Source: Epithemia pelagica (lineage: Eukaryota; Protista; Bacillariophyta). From it: DNA of 64,000 bases. The notes beneath the pieces were generated by a model. It saw nothing but the letters and a program-made list of their open reading frames with translations, was not told where the DNA came from and made no database searches. Every line of letters begins with the position of its first letter. Position 1 is the first letter of the stretch. Made by a program: the position numbers and the translations under genes. The stretch lies in the NCBI GenBank assembly GCA_946965045.2, contig OX337238.1, positions 1,736,001-1,800,000 of the forward strand, given 5' to 3'. Positions 1 through 10,872 of the stretch are shown piece after piece.

Positions 1-1448
1 AACCTTGCGAACGCATCTGTGTTGACGAATCAATGATCCGTTGGTATGGTTTGGGTGGCCACTGGATAAACATTGGTCTACCACAGTATGTGGCAATTGA
101 CAGAAAGCCTGAGAACGGATGCGAGATCCAAAACTCTGCTTGCGGTGGATCTGGGATATTTTGTCGTCTCAAGCTTGTCAAGACTGCCGAAGAAGATGAA
201 TTGAATCATGAGGAGGACGATGACACAACACTCCTCATGAATCATGGGACAGCTGTCCTCAGAGAATTAGTGGAACCATGGGCTCATTCACAGCGTGTTG
301 TCTGTGCCAACTCCTACTTTGCTTCTGTGAATACGGCAGAGGAGATGGCAAAGATGGGACTCCGATTTATCGGAGTTGTGAAGACTGCAACTCGCAAGTA
401 TCCAATGGCGTACCTGTCAAACGTTGAACTACTTTCTCGTGGGGATTGCACTGGTCTCATAAGGAAAGATGCAGATGAACAAGCCACCATGATGGCTTTT
501 GTGTGGATGAATAGGGAACGGCGCTATTTTGTTGCAAATACATCTTCTCTTGTGGAAGGAGAGCCGTACACACGAACAAGGTGGCGCCAAATTTCAGATG
601 AGGCAGATGCAGAGCCAGAGCGTGTGGAATTGACAGTGGCACAGCCCCAAGCATGTGAGATCTATTACAAGACATGTGGACTAATAGATCAGCATGACAG
701 GTGCCGGCAAGACACTCTCTAAATGGAAATCAAAGTGGAAACGAAGCGATGGTGGGTACGTGTGGGGCTTGGAGTGTTCGCAATGTGTGTGGTGGACTCT
801 TGGCTTTTGTATTCTGGGGCAACCCTGACAAAGGAAAAGCAACAAGACTATTATGCACTGCTTGCAGAGGAATTAATAGACAGCACATTCGAAAGAAGTG
901 GAGTCCCTTGTTCTGCAAGAAGAAGAGGACGAGTGAGTGACGGAACAGATAATGCCGAAAGCCCATCAGATCTCATCAATCCACGCAGTGGACAAGCAAG
1001 GGCAGGCATTGACATCCATCTGAGCCCAACCAAGAGAAGGAGGAAGGTTGATGGAGTTGCAACAAACCAATGTGCACAAGGAAGATGTAGAGTATGTCGA
1101 AAGAAAACAAAGTATATCTGTTCACAGTGTGAAGACAGTGAAACTCCCTCCGACAGAAATTGTTGGATTTGCCATACAGAAACTGGCCGGATGTGCTTTC
1201 CAACACACGTAGCATCTTGCCACATTAACATAGAACATGATGGTTGATTGTGGTCTAATACTTTTCATTTTTAGTTGTTCATTTTTATGGTCAAACGGCA
1301 GATTCCCATGGTCGGGGTACATTTTTTGTTCCTCGGTTCGTACAAAAGATACTGGGGGCTACGTATGCATGTTATTCGTAGGATTGTCCTCATATGAGGA
1401 CAAACGCTGTCCTCATATGAGGACAAATCGGGGTAGAATAGACACTAG
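1..1448 (+). mobile_element. Right part of a piggyBac-like DNA transposon (5' end lies outside the window)
   Basis: Transposase remnant at 33-1247. Two copies of the palindrome TGTCCTCATATGAGGACA (1385-1402, 1408-1425). Terminus GGTAGAATAGACACTAG (1432-1448) matches the right TIR of the element at 50247-50501 at 16/17 nt. Confidence 0.8.
33..1247 (+). pseudogene. piggyBac-family (DDE_Tnp_1_7/PGBD-like) transposase, inactivated
   Basis: ORFs 33-722 and 723-1247 are in frame and separated by TAA (720-722). Motifs: DRKPENGCEIQ, VVCANSYFASV (expected catalytic D replaced by N), IDQHDRCRQ, and a C-terminal Cys-rich domain CRVC..KTKYICSQC..WIC..CF..H. Confidence 0.85.
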
Positions 1449-1621
1449 TTGAATACTAAAAGAATTGAAAGTAGGACATCAAGCCGGATGTTTTCATTGG
1501 GGTTGGGGCGACCGTTGGAGTAATACGCGCGCCGCGCGATTGGGAGTCATTTCTGTAGGCGAATTATACACTACCATTGAGCAAACAGTATCCCTAATGC
1601 GATTTCAGGTTTGGAGGGTTA

Positions 1622-1645
1622 ACAAAACCTGAGCTCAGGTTTTGT
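1622..1645. repeat. 24-bp perfect palindrome ACAAAACCTGAGCTCAGGTTTTGT
   Basis: Read directly; equals its own reverse complement. Confidence 0.9.
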
Positions 1646-3274
1646 AAAAACCAGAGGTCGACCAAAGTTGAACGATCGGACAACCCGGATTTGACGTCAT
1701 ATTTCCGGGTTTTTTGTGACGTGTCACGCTTCAGTTTTGGTTTTGTCAATGCTATAGGGTCAGCCTCATAACCTATGACCCATCATAGATGCTAGGAGCT
1801 AGGAGTAGCAAATAGAAGACATAGCTCCTCTACTATTACTATCTACAATAGCAATAGGGCAAAACTCTCCCCCGTCTCAAGTCACAAGACTCCTCTTTCG
1901 TCGCGTCACCATGACTGGGGTGACATGACGTAATGACGTTTTGACGCTGAGAGACGCAGTATTGACTGTTGACGAGGACCATACTTTGCCGCATTCATGC
2001 TTGTTAGGAGTAGGACAGAAGGATCGTTCCTGTGAATGGCGCAAAGTCCTCTCGATCATTTATATGTCAATGCTGTAGTCTTGCCCAGGCAATGGGTGAC
2101 TTTCTTTGTCATCCTCTTCTGGATGGGTCATCCTCAACGGCATCTCCCAGGTACTAGGTAATATCCCCGGACGACAGTTGATATTTTGAGGCATCCCCTT
2201 ATGATGTGTTCTGTTATCTCTTGGACAAATTCTCACATGATGAGGCATGCGACACCTTGATCCTTGAGCTTATTCTCTAGCCAACTCGTATTTCACAAGG
2301 ACTTCTGCTCATGCTCATAGCTTTTTTATCATACTCTCCCTCCTCCTATTGATGATGATTGGCTTGGGCGACCTAGGTTGTCTTTTTCTCCAATATCAAT
2401 GTCAGCGACATCTTCAATGTCATCGTTAGGAAGCATAGAGGGTGATGAGGGATCACCATGGCTGAAAAATCATCCATGCTCACGAGGACCTAGAAACTAG
2501 AAAATGAATAGGAGTAGGAGTATTGTCCATTCAAGATTTAACGTCAACAGAAGACAAGACGTAGTGACTAATGACCCAAGTCACAATACGTCATGTGTCA
2601 AATACGTCATATTAAGTCTACGAGGGACTGTTCGCTGTAGACGTTGTACCTGCCTAATTCCTCTCGCTTTTATTCGTACTGTCTTTCAACTCTCCAGCGT
2701 ACGAGACGTAAGGAGATCGGAGACCTTTAGATCAAATTGTACGACCCACTACCCATAATTAATGGAGGGAATGGAGCGCGAGAGAGTGAGGGGTAAGGGG
2801 AGAGAAGAGAGAACACTATCGATGCAACCTCTACGTACTCTTAGAGATCAGAGATCGGAGAGGGCTGTAATCTGTCTTGTTTGAAGCAAAATGAAGACTG
2901 AAGACACCTCGACTGTTGAACTTTTACACACGCACAGTTCCCGTTTCCCGTCTCCACTACGAGTTCGCATTTTGCGAGATGAATTCTTGGATATGACCGG
3001 TTGCTACTACTCTATTGTTGACACCTGGAGACTTTAGCTAATCCAACGTCCTCTAGCAAGCGGAGTACGGAGTGCATCGACTTGTGAAAAGGGATGGAAT
3101 CGGCGCAACTTTTTCGACAAGGTTGATCGGATACATGACGATGCATCATACATTGTACCACATACCTGTCCCTGGCCATTGAAGACGGTTGGGATGCAGA
3201 TCGATTCTCCAAAATCATCTCCTCCCACACCCAACCATTCATACGGGACATTCATACGGGACCCCTTCGTGTTA

Positions 3275-4072
3275 CTAAAGACCAGAAGAACGAAGAAAAG
3301 ATAAGCCAATTCGGCGATCGCCCGTTCGAATCATGGAAGGCAACATGTCCATATTAAACGACGACGAAGAAGACGATGCGGATTGTGAGGATCGAGGCGA
3401 TGGGCCTCGATCGTCGTAGTAGCCGCCATAGTCTTGTGGAGAATTGTCATTTCTTCTTTCATTGTAATAGCCATTGCGATCCTCCTCGTAGTAGTAATCG
3501 TCGTCATCTCGATCTCCCCCTCCTCCTCGGGGAAACCCTTCCAACAATTGTACCAACGATTGACATTCGTCCAAAAAGGTTCGACTCGTGACGGGCAACG
3601 GCATGGAACTGGTGGAGGACATGCCCCAGGGAGGCAAAAACGATGATGACGACGATGAGGATGGACCATGTTTCTTGGGGAAAGGACTACGGTACGGTCG
3701 TGATGGTCGAGGTCGCTGTCCATTCCATGCGGGTCGTGGGAGGTCGTCGGAGGTGGCAGCGACGGTGGAGGCTACTCCTGTTGTTGCATTTCCATTTCTA
3801 CCAGCCACATGTCGCTGAACAAGGCAAAGAGGCTTCGAAGAAACTGTCACAGAAGCATTTTAACCACAACCGATGCTACATCCTCCACACCCGCAATGGT
3901 GACACCAAAATCCGAGGAAGGAAGAGGCGAGCACAGAAGTAGCAACCAGACCGTATATGGATGTATGCCTTTTCCTTTCTCTGGACCATATGGAAGAGAA
4001 AGGTTTGAGCGTGAACCAACAAACACACCGGGTCCTGGTATTCGCATTGCTCACCAAAATGACGTTGACCAT
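3275..4072 (-). pseudogene. Truncated gene, possibly Got1/Sft2-like vesicle-transport membrane protein
   Basis: ORFs 3860-4072 and 3275-3850 are in frame across a TAA. The low-complexity N-terminus ends in PSMIRTGDRRIGL, which resembles the start of the Got1 domain. The expected transmembrane helices do not follow. Confidence 0.3.
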
Positions 4073-4180
4073 CGAACGTAGAATAGGATCATTTAGTTCG
4101 AAGGTATGGCGAAGTCCTTGACGGAGAAAGAGAGTTCAGCTCAGGTTGCGTTACTCCAAATGATATTACAAGCTCCAGTT

Positions 4181-7100
4181 TCAGCCCATACTGTCGGACA
4201 AGTTGCTATTGTCATTCATTACATCTGCCATGGGATTCATGTAATCCACAGTGAAACCGGCCGTGTAAGTTGCATCGCCTTTTTTCATCTGCTTATTTCT
4301 CATTTCAGCCAGTAGAGCCTGTACAACAGGACTTGTACCATACTTCCCGAACTTTCCTCGTCCATATGACTCGTTTGGAACACTAAACTGACCAACATCA
4401 CCCTCGACAATACCATTTGAGGGTATGAAGTTGGTCAGCATTAGCGCCATGGTTTGTTTTTCCAATGCAGCAGCATCTCTTGTAGTAGTGGCACGTCGGA
4501 TGAGCTCTTCACGCTCGGTGGTTGTCATGGTACTGTTGATCTGTGCCACTGTTACTGCTTGTTGCGTACGCGTCACCTCCTTTTCCAAGACTTGAGCTCG
4601 ATGAACGGCACTTTTTGCCGCTCGTGCCTGTAACCTACGTATAGAAACCTGATAGTCGTGTCCATCCAATTCACTCATGTGATCAAATCGAAACCCAAGT
4701 CCAATACCAAACGTTTTGTAAACGGCCATTCCGAGCGGATCATCATAGATGTTCTGTTCGTAATCCAGATGGTGTTGTTGAGCAATTTGTTCCATAGCCC
4801 TTGATTTCCATGTCGATTGATCGGGCCATGACAACTTGCTTCGACCGTCTGTAGCACTCCGTAAAGCAGTTGTCACGGCGGGATCGATGGCGCTGGCTTC
4901 CATTTGTTCCCTGGTAGCAGACAACGTCGGTGCGACACCTATGGACTCGTTTTCGACCCGCCGTAGAATATGTGGACCATACAATCGAAATTCTTCTTCG
5001 CGGATTGAATCTTGTCCCAACTTCAATCGCTCGTCGACGGTTTTGTACACGGAAAGATAGTATAATAGTCGCATACCAAGGTTACCTATGGATGGTTGTT
5101 GTGTAGGGTCTCTCCACTTGAGATAGCATCGCCATTGAAAACGATGGGGATCGTTGCGGGCAACCAAGTTGAACTCTTCCGGATCCATGGTCAGCGGTAG
5201 ATTGTGCGTATGTCGAATTTGAACCAAACGAGAGAACGCAATCATGTGACCAATGGGACCGACGAGTCCGACAATACTTGCCAGCGCCACGGCCGCAAAC
5301 GAAGTTGGTGGAACAGAACCCCAGGACTGATGCAAAGACGAAACAAATGCACGTCCCCCACATGCAACGTGTCTTGTCAATTCACTGAAACGGGCCGACG
5401 AGGAAAGGAACATGGATTTCAGGTCAATCATCGTCTGAGAGAAAGACATGAAAAGCAGTGAAAGAGCATGTTTTGGGCCATGGTAGTGTATGTTGCACAC
5501 AGAAAGCATGCCAATCCAGACAAATGAAAACAATACAGTCCTTCTCATTATTTGAGCTGGGAAACACGCAATCAAGCTACGACCAACATGAATTGGGGAT
5601 GCATGTAGGATGTTTTGGCGTATCTTGACGAATTTCCGTGGCAATTGTTCACCGGATGCATTCACAGCCCAAATTGCATGGTTCTTGATGTTCCGATCGT
5701 CTTCATGTGAAGACGGCCCTACGGTTGGGACTGGATTCGAGCCTGCCATGGCTGAAACGGAGCTGGAAGTCATACCGCAAGGGGCCCATGCAATCACTCC
5801 CAATATTGTCGCCACAAACACCACTCCTCCCAATACTGCTTCATTGTGCTGTTTGGCCAGACGTATAATTCCCTTGAGTATCACGATGAAAGTGGAGCTG
5901 AAGGTTCCTCCAAGTGCAGAAATTGTCCCAGATCCGGCTCTGGCCAAGCGTTGAAACAATGAGAAACCATGATTGGAAGACAACGAGTGCAAATAAGGGT
6001 CTTTTAAAAGCCCATCCAGAAAGATCTGTAACTGCAAAGACGAAGACGTCGATGCCACCGCCGCGGACGATGAAGTTGCAATGAGGCGATTGTTCCATCC
6101 CATGAAAACCGACATGCCAATTATACCCAGCAGTCCTCCCAGAAAAATCATTCCAAATCGAATCAACTGGCTCAAGGCTCGTTGACGAACCGCTCTATGC
6201 TGCCGCCATTGACGTGCCAGTAATTCGCCTTTAAGGGCGGATAAGAGGGGGTCATTGTCATGACTTGAATACAACCTGTTGTCGGACGTTTTCCCCACCA
6301 GGACTCGTATCGCTGCCACGGTCCAAAAAGTGGTCAGAGCCATTAGGGCGGTGATGGGTATCAAGCGATCCACGCCGCCTCCATTCTCGAAGGGCACCCA
6401 AGACTGCCATTTTTGTATCACCCAGCATATGTAGGGAATGGAGGGCGTTGTCGTGGTGCTGGTGGAGGTAGAAAACAAGTACTGGAGGACTTCGTGTTTG
6501 AGCATGAAACTGCGAGTCCACACGGGCTCAACCAGGTTCAACACAGCCAGGATACTCCCACCAGTCACAACGAGGCAACGAACGAAAATGCGTCCCAAGG
6601 AAACAAGGGCATGGCGTCGTGCCAGCCGCAGCGCCATGGCATCCTTCTGGTCGTCGTCCTCTTTGGTTTGAAAACGGAAACGACGAAGAGGAATTGTAAC
6701 CGACAGGGATGATGGAGGTGATGTTGACATGGACGTAGACGACGAGGTCTTATTAGACAGCGTCGCCGCCGCCGACGGTGGCGGCATGTCCCGTTGGCGT
6801 TGGACCCAATACGACAGGACAATGGTAGGTAGGCCATAAATCATGGTTAGAAAAGCAATTCGTTGTGGCAGACATGATCCGAGTCTTGAAAGTGTGGAGC
6901 TGAGGATCAAGGCCACTTCAATGGCAAGCATCCATGGTATTGTCTTGGGAGTGACTCCACTCAATCGTAGAATTTGTTGCAAGCACCATGTCAAACAGGA
7001 ATAGGGACGATATTGTTGGTGACAAAAGGTAAACCATACCGATTGCCATTGTTGCAAGGACACTGCGGCGCCTACTCGAACCAGAATACGACTGAGCGAC

Positions 7101-8188
7101 CACCACCATCTTGCAATAGGTACGAGATTCGTGCTATATACACGTGACACGACACCCACAATGGCAATCCCCAGGACGGCATGTACCCATTCACGCAACA
7201 AGACTTGTGCAGGACGCGCATCACGACTGTTGTTGGTTGTTGCTGTCGTTTCACCCACAGAGTTGTGGGGCAATTCCACTTTCTGCTTCCCCCATGGCAG
7301 CGTCCTTGCGACCATCAAACACAAGGGTGCCATCACCACCAAGGTCCAAAATTGAAGGGCCACGAGTTGATTCCAGAATGGTCGGGACAGGGGTCCAACT
7401 TGTATCAAGAATAGGACAGCAATCATCCACGAGACAAGCGTAGTTTTCCATACGACCACTGGTACGGTTAGAGGCCGTCGTGCCCAAGCCATGGCTTGCA
7501 AGTGTTGAATGCGATGCCGTCGTTCCAGAGCCTCGGGTGCTTGTGCTCGTTGAATGGCACCCTCCAAGGCTTTAAAATCACCTTCGACATTGGCACCCGC
7601 AATCCACGGAGTGGCATACTGATTCGTTGTTGTGCTGGTAGGGCTTCTTTGTTGCAAAGTGTCAGTCCATCTTGTTCTGGATGCGATTCTCTTCCATTTG
7701 TGGACGCAACCGTGTCGAGGAGAAGCAGTACTAGGAAAGCGTGACGAGGAAAATGGATGACCTGATTGTGAGGACAAGCCAAACTGTCGCCCAAAAGATG
7801 AAAAAGCAGCGGATCTTCCAAAACCATGAACAGCTACTGAAGACGAAACCAGCAGGAGAAACCACCAAACAAGGACATTGCAGTGGGCATAAGGATGATG
7901 ATGCTTGCACAAACAGTAGGTCCTTCTCCTACATCCGGATTCCCGCTGAGACTTGTGAGCGTAAGATACAATGAATCTCGAAGGTCTGTTTTCTCTTGTT
8001 TCCTGCTTCTTTTGTTGCAAGGTTGGTGTAGTCCCAATCAAAGTAGTAGTCGCCCTCGTTGTGTTGACAACGGTTGCACTCGGTGCACCTGTGACGGACA
8101 CTGGGATGAAAGACGGTTTCTCGCTTGTTCCCGGGTTCTGTTTCTGTGGTTTCTTCTTTGGGTCAACCATTCCAGTTCCTCCGTCCAT
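4181..8188 (-). CDS. Large multi-pass membrane protein of unknown function (1335 aa)
   Basis: Uninterrupted 4-kb ORF with many hydrophobic segments. Internal signal-like segment VLVWWFLLLVSSSVAVHG-F. Hydrophilic C-terminal domain (DDPLGMAVYKTFGIGLGFRFDHM...RLQARAAKSA). Confidence 0.75.
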   Translation of the reverse strand: MDGGTGMVDPKKKPQKQNPGTSEKPSFIPVSVTGAPSATVVNTTRATTTLIGTTPTLQQKKQETRENRPSRFIVSYAHKSQRESGCRRRTYCLCKHHHPYAHCNVLVWWFLLLVSSSVAVHGFGRSAAFSSFGRQFGLSSQSGHPFSSSRFPSTASPRHGCVHKWKRIASRTRWTDTLQQRSPTSTTTNQYATPWIAGANVEGDFKALEGAIQRAQAPEALERRHRIQHLQAMAWARRPLTVPVVVWKTTLVSWMIAVLFLIQVGPLSRPFWNQLVALQFWTLVVMAPLCLMVARTLPWGKQKVELPHNSVGETTATTNNSRDARPAQVLLREWVHAVLGIAIVGVVSRVYSTNLVPIARWWWSLSRILVRVGAAVSLQQWQSVWFTFCHQQYRPYSCLTWCLQQILRLSGVTPKTIPWMLAIEVALILSSTLSRLGSCLPQRIAFLTMIYGLPTIVLSYWVQRQRDMPPPSAAATLSNKTSSSTSMSTSPPSSLSVTIPLRRFRFQTKEDDDQKDAMALRLARRHALVSLGRIFVRCLVVTGGSILAVLNLVEPVWTRSFMLKHEVLQYLFSTSTSTTTTPSIPYICWVIQKWQSWVPFENGGGVDRLIPITALMALTTFWTVAAIRVLVGKTSDNRLYSSHDNDPLLSALKGELLARQWRQHRAVRQRALSQLIRFGMIFLGGLLGIIGMSVFMGWNNRLIATSSSAAVASTSSSLQLQIFLDGLLKDPYLHSLSSNHGFSLFQRLARAGSGTISALGGTFSSTFIVILKGIIRLAKQHNEAVLGGVVFVATILGVIAWAPCGMTSSSVSAMAGSNPVPTVGPSSHEDDRNIKNHAIWAVNASGEQLPRKFVKIRQNILHASPIHVGRSLIACFPAQIMRRTVLFSFVWIGMLSVCNIHYHGPKHALSLLFMSFSQTMIDLKSMFLSSSARFSELTRHVACGGRAFVSSLHQSWGSVPPTSFAAVALASIVGLVGPIGHMIAFSRLVQIRHTHNLPLTMDPEEFNLVARNDPHRFQWRCYLKWRDPTQQPSIGNLGMRLLYYLSVYKTVDERLKLGQDSIREEEFRLYGPHILRRVENESIGVAPTLSATREQMEASAIDPAVTTALRSATDGRSKLSWPDQSTWKSRAMEQIAQQHHLDYEQNIYDDPLGMAVYKTFGIGLGFRFDHMSELDGHDYQVSIRRLQARAAKSAVHRAQVLEKEVTRTQQAVTVAQINSTMTTTEREELIRRATTTRDAAALEKQTMALMLTNFIPSNGIVEGDVGQFSVPNESYGRGKFGKYGTSPVVQALLAEMRNKQMKKGDATYTAGFTVDYMNPMADVMNDNSNLSDSMG

Positions 8189-8423
8189 CCCTCCACAAAA
8201 TCAACCGCAGTCCGTAGCCTTCTTGTCTCTTGTCTCTCTAGAGACAACTACCACAAAAGAGTGAGATTATGTTGTGTGTGTCGCCCTCTAAGGAAATTTC
8301 TTTTGAAAAAATCTTGTCTTTGTTGTGTCCACGCACCAAGGCCTGTCGGCTGCCGTTCTCTCGCTAGGTACTTAGCACGCCAGCCGCAGAAGAGTTTTCC
8401 TACAAACGGAATCTGTCTTTAAA

Positions 8424-10532
8424 CAGTCCCACATTCGGATGGCATCGCCTAACTATTCGACGCGCCATGCGGAGTGGTTGCTTCCGGCAAGCGAGGCGAC
8501 ACTCGCGGCAAAACGGCAAAGGCGGACAGACAAGTTCGCCTACGCGGTATTGTAAGGGGCGACTGAGTTCAGAAATGTACCCCCAATCGCCGGCTGAGTT
8601 GTGAATCCCGCCTAAGTCGAAGAAAATGTGCATTCTTAGGATAGAACTTTTAAGTGCGACTCAAAAGTCGCACGGCGCTGGGAGATAGTTGTATGACAAT
8701 CTGTCCTTCGGACGTATCCCCCAGCCCCCAGCGGAGATTACCTAGGTAGTCATGAGGATTAGTGATTCGATTCTGGTAAGTCAAATTCACGACACATGTG
8801 CGACCCGACTTTTCACCCCTGCTTGGGGATACCTTCTACCTTCGGCTTCGGACGGTCATCACAAAATATTCACTTCGGCGTTGACGTTGTCGACAACACT
8901 TACGTTACTATTAGAAGCTTGCACGGTACTTCTACCTCCAATGATACTCTCAGAGTCATGACAGATCAGGGTGGTGCTGCAGCTGCGGCTGAGGGGGCTC
9001 CAACACAGTTGGAGTTCCCTGCCGATGCTCGATCGGTTTGGAAACGAAATACTTTTCTCGTCTCATCGAAAGAGATAATCTTTGTCCGCCCATGCTACGT
9101 GGATTTGTTCGATATGTGTCGAACAGCTTGGACGGGCATGCATAGTGTTTTTTTGAAAGGGACGCCTGGGGTGGGAAAGTCGTATTTTTTGGATTACGCC
9201 ATGGATCGTCTTCTTCTCGCGAAGGCGAAGGTGCTCCTTCTATCTGGTCCGATGAAGCTAGCCTCGTTGTGTTGCGGATATGACAAGCCCATCCAAGAAT
9301 GTACTCTCGATGTCGCCTTAGCCGATAAGTGGGCTGACCAAGCAGACTACGTCCTGTTCGATCCGCATGAAAACCCGGACGAATCTGAAAAATTGGCCCC
9401 GAACATCTTCTGCGGCAAGCAATTTCTTATTGCAATGTCGCCCGACCCTAAGAATTGTTCGAAAATCGTGAAAGACGTAGAAGAGTCCGAAACGGTATTC
9501 ATGGGCCCAACGACAATTGAAGAGTCAGAAAAGATGCGCGTGTGCTGCTACAACACGAGAGTCACTGCAGAGCAGTTGCAATACCGATTTGATCAAATGG
9601 GCGGAGTTCCGCGCTACCTGTTCAAGTCTGCTGGCCTTTTCACTCGTATCGGTATACAAGATGCCGTGGTGTCTGCTTTTGTGGATCGGCAGGCTTTTGC
9701 ATTGAACGACGCGGTACAAAATCCGCAAAGAATCGACGCGGGAAGTGTGGCATCTGAGTTCAAGAGCCTATGGTCTCTATATCACTTGGCACCCGATCAG
9801 TACTACACCACCTACACTATACAACTCGCATGTGAGAATGCGAGTTCGCTTCTTCTTCGGCGCCTAATGGACAAAAGCGTGCAAGAGCTGTGGCGATTGT
9901 TTGATAGAACGGATGAGAGACAAGGAACACTTCGTGGTATCCGCTTTGAAGCCTACGCACATAAAAAGATTGCAGTTGATGGGATTAACCTCAAGGCGAA
10001 AAAGTTGAACACAAACGGCATCTCAAAATCTACTGAGATCAGCGTTGTCATTCCTAGTGATCTGTCTGTGGTTGAATTGCGTGACAACGATACTGAGAAA
10101 TTGCACACCCAAGTCGCAGACGCAGTCACCCGAGGTGGAGGATACTTGCTTCCACGTCTTCCCAATTACCCAGTGCTTGACTCCGCATTTGTCAAGCCGA
10201 ACTCATCTGCGATCATTCTACAAATGAAAGCAAGTCGGAGCAAGCCTTTGTCGTCGAATCATGTTTCTACCGTGCACGCGGCACTCGGAAACGTGTTCAT
10301 AGTTGTTGTCCTCGATGAGAATATTGTCAGCAAGAAATTACCCGGTGGACCAGACGGCTTGAAGCAGTACGTTCTCGTTTTGAAGGAAAACCCGAGGCTG
10401 TGAACATTCCACCGACCCAATACCAGTTCCAGCCAGCACCATGTCACACAAAATATTGTATTATACGTTCGTTTGTTAAAATACGGAATCATTTTTGCAT
10501 TGGTCTTATAATATGTGGGACGTTTGTGACAG
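8424..10532 (+). mobile_element. Putative TIR-bounded cassette carrying the CR-NTPase/REase gene
   Basis: TTTAAA on both flanks (8418-8423, 10533-10538). Inverted ends TCTTTAAACAGTCCCACA vs TCTTTAAACTGTCACAAA (15/18). Exact inverted GTCCCACAT at 8426-8434 and 10513-10521. Confidence 0.4.
8958..10403 (+). CDS. Crinkler/RHS-type P-loop NTPase + restriction-endonuclease-fold (CR-NTPase/CR-REase) protein, 481 aa from ATG 8958 (ORF open from 8796)
   Basis: IFVRPCY, Walker A GTPGVGKS, Walker B YVLFD, GGVPR, then GIRFE...NYPVLDS...LQMK (E..D..QxK nuclease signature). Intronless. Confidence 0.8.
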   Translation: MTDQGGAAAAAEGAPTQLEFPADARSVWKRNTFLVSSKEIIFVRPCYVDLFDMCRTAWTGMHSVFLKGTPGVGKSYFLDYAMDRLLLAKAKVLLLSGPMKLASLCCGYDKPIQECTLDVALADKWADQADYVLFDPHENPDESEKLAPNIFCGKQFLIAMSPDPKNCSKIVKDVEESETVFMGPTTIEESEKMRVCCYNTRVTAEQLQYRFDQMGGVPRYLFKSAGLFTRIGIQDAVVSAFVDRQAFALNDAVQNPQRIDAGSVASEFKSLWSLYHLAPDQYYTTYTIQLACENASSLLLRRLMDKSVQELWRLFDRTDERQGTLRGIRFEAYAHKKIAVDGINLKAKKLNTNGISKSTEISVVIPSDLSVVELRDNDTEKLHTQVADAVTRGGGYLLPRLPNYPVLDSAFVKPNSSAIILQMKASRSKPLSSNHVSTVHAALGNVFIVVVLDENIVSKKLPGGPDGLKQYVLVLKENPRL

Positions 10533-10872
10533 TTTAAAGAAGAGTGCCATCCATTGTTAGCGACGACTACCACAGCCGCGGAAGTAGGCGAATTGACTAT
10601 TTCCATTAGCTCATCACCCAGTGTCAACGGTTAGGGTTAAGTTTTTTTTGTTACACAACGGGAGGGTACCTTTGTTCGTCCGTCATCTGAAAGGAAAAAT
10701 TGTCTCGTGTTTAGTTCGGATAAATTAGGCTATAGAAGGAATCCCTGGATCCAGGGCATAACGCTCTATCAGACAAAAGGGTGGTGGAAAAGGATGATAT
10801 CGACGACAAAGGCTTCTGTCTTGCACGAAGGAATTCTTGTCATCAAGCGAATGTTTGAGGTTGTTGTGCAGG

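Noticed and set aside
1877-2480. Degraded coding remnant on the minus strand (CLGKTT...GLCAIH)
   Set aside because: Multiple stops and no confidently recognisable domain; probably TE debris.
10629-10641. GGTTAGGGTTAAG as a telomeric or healing site
   Set aside because: Fewer than two full TTAGGG units; expected by chance.
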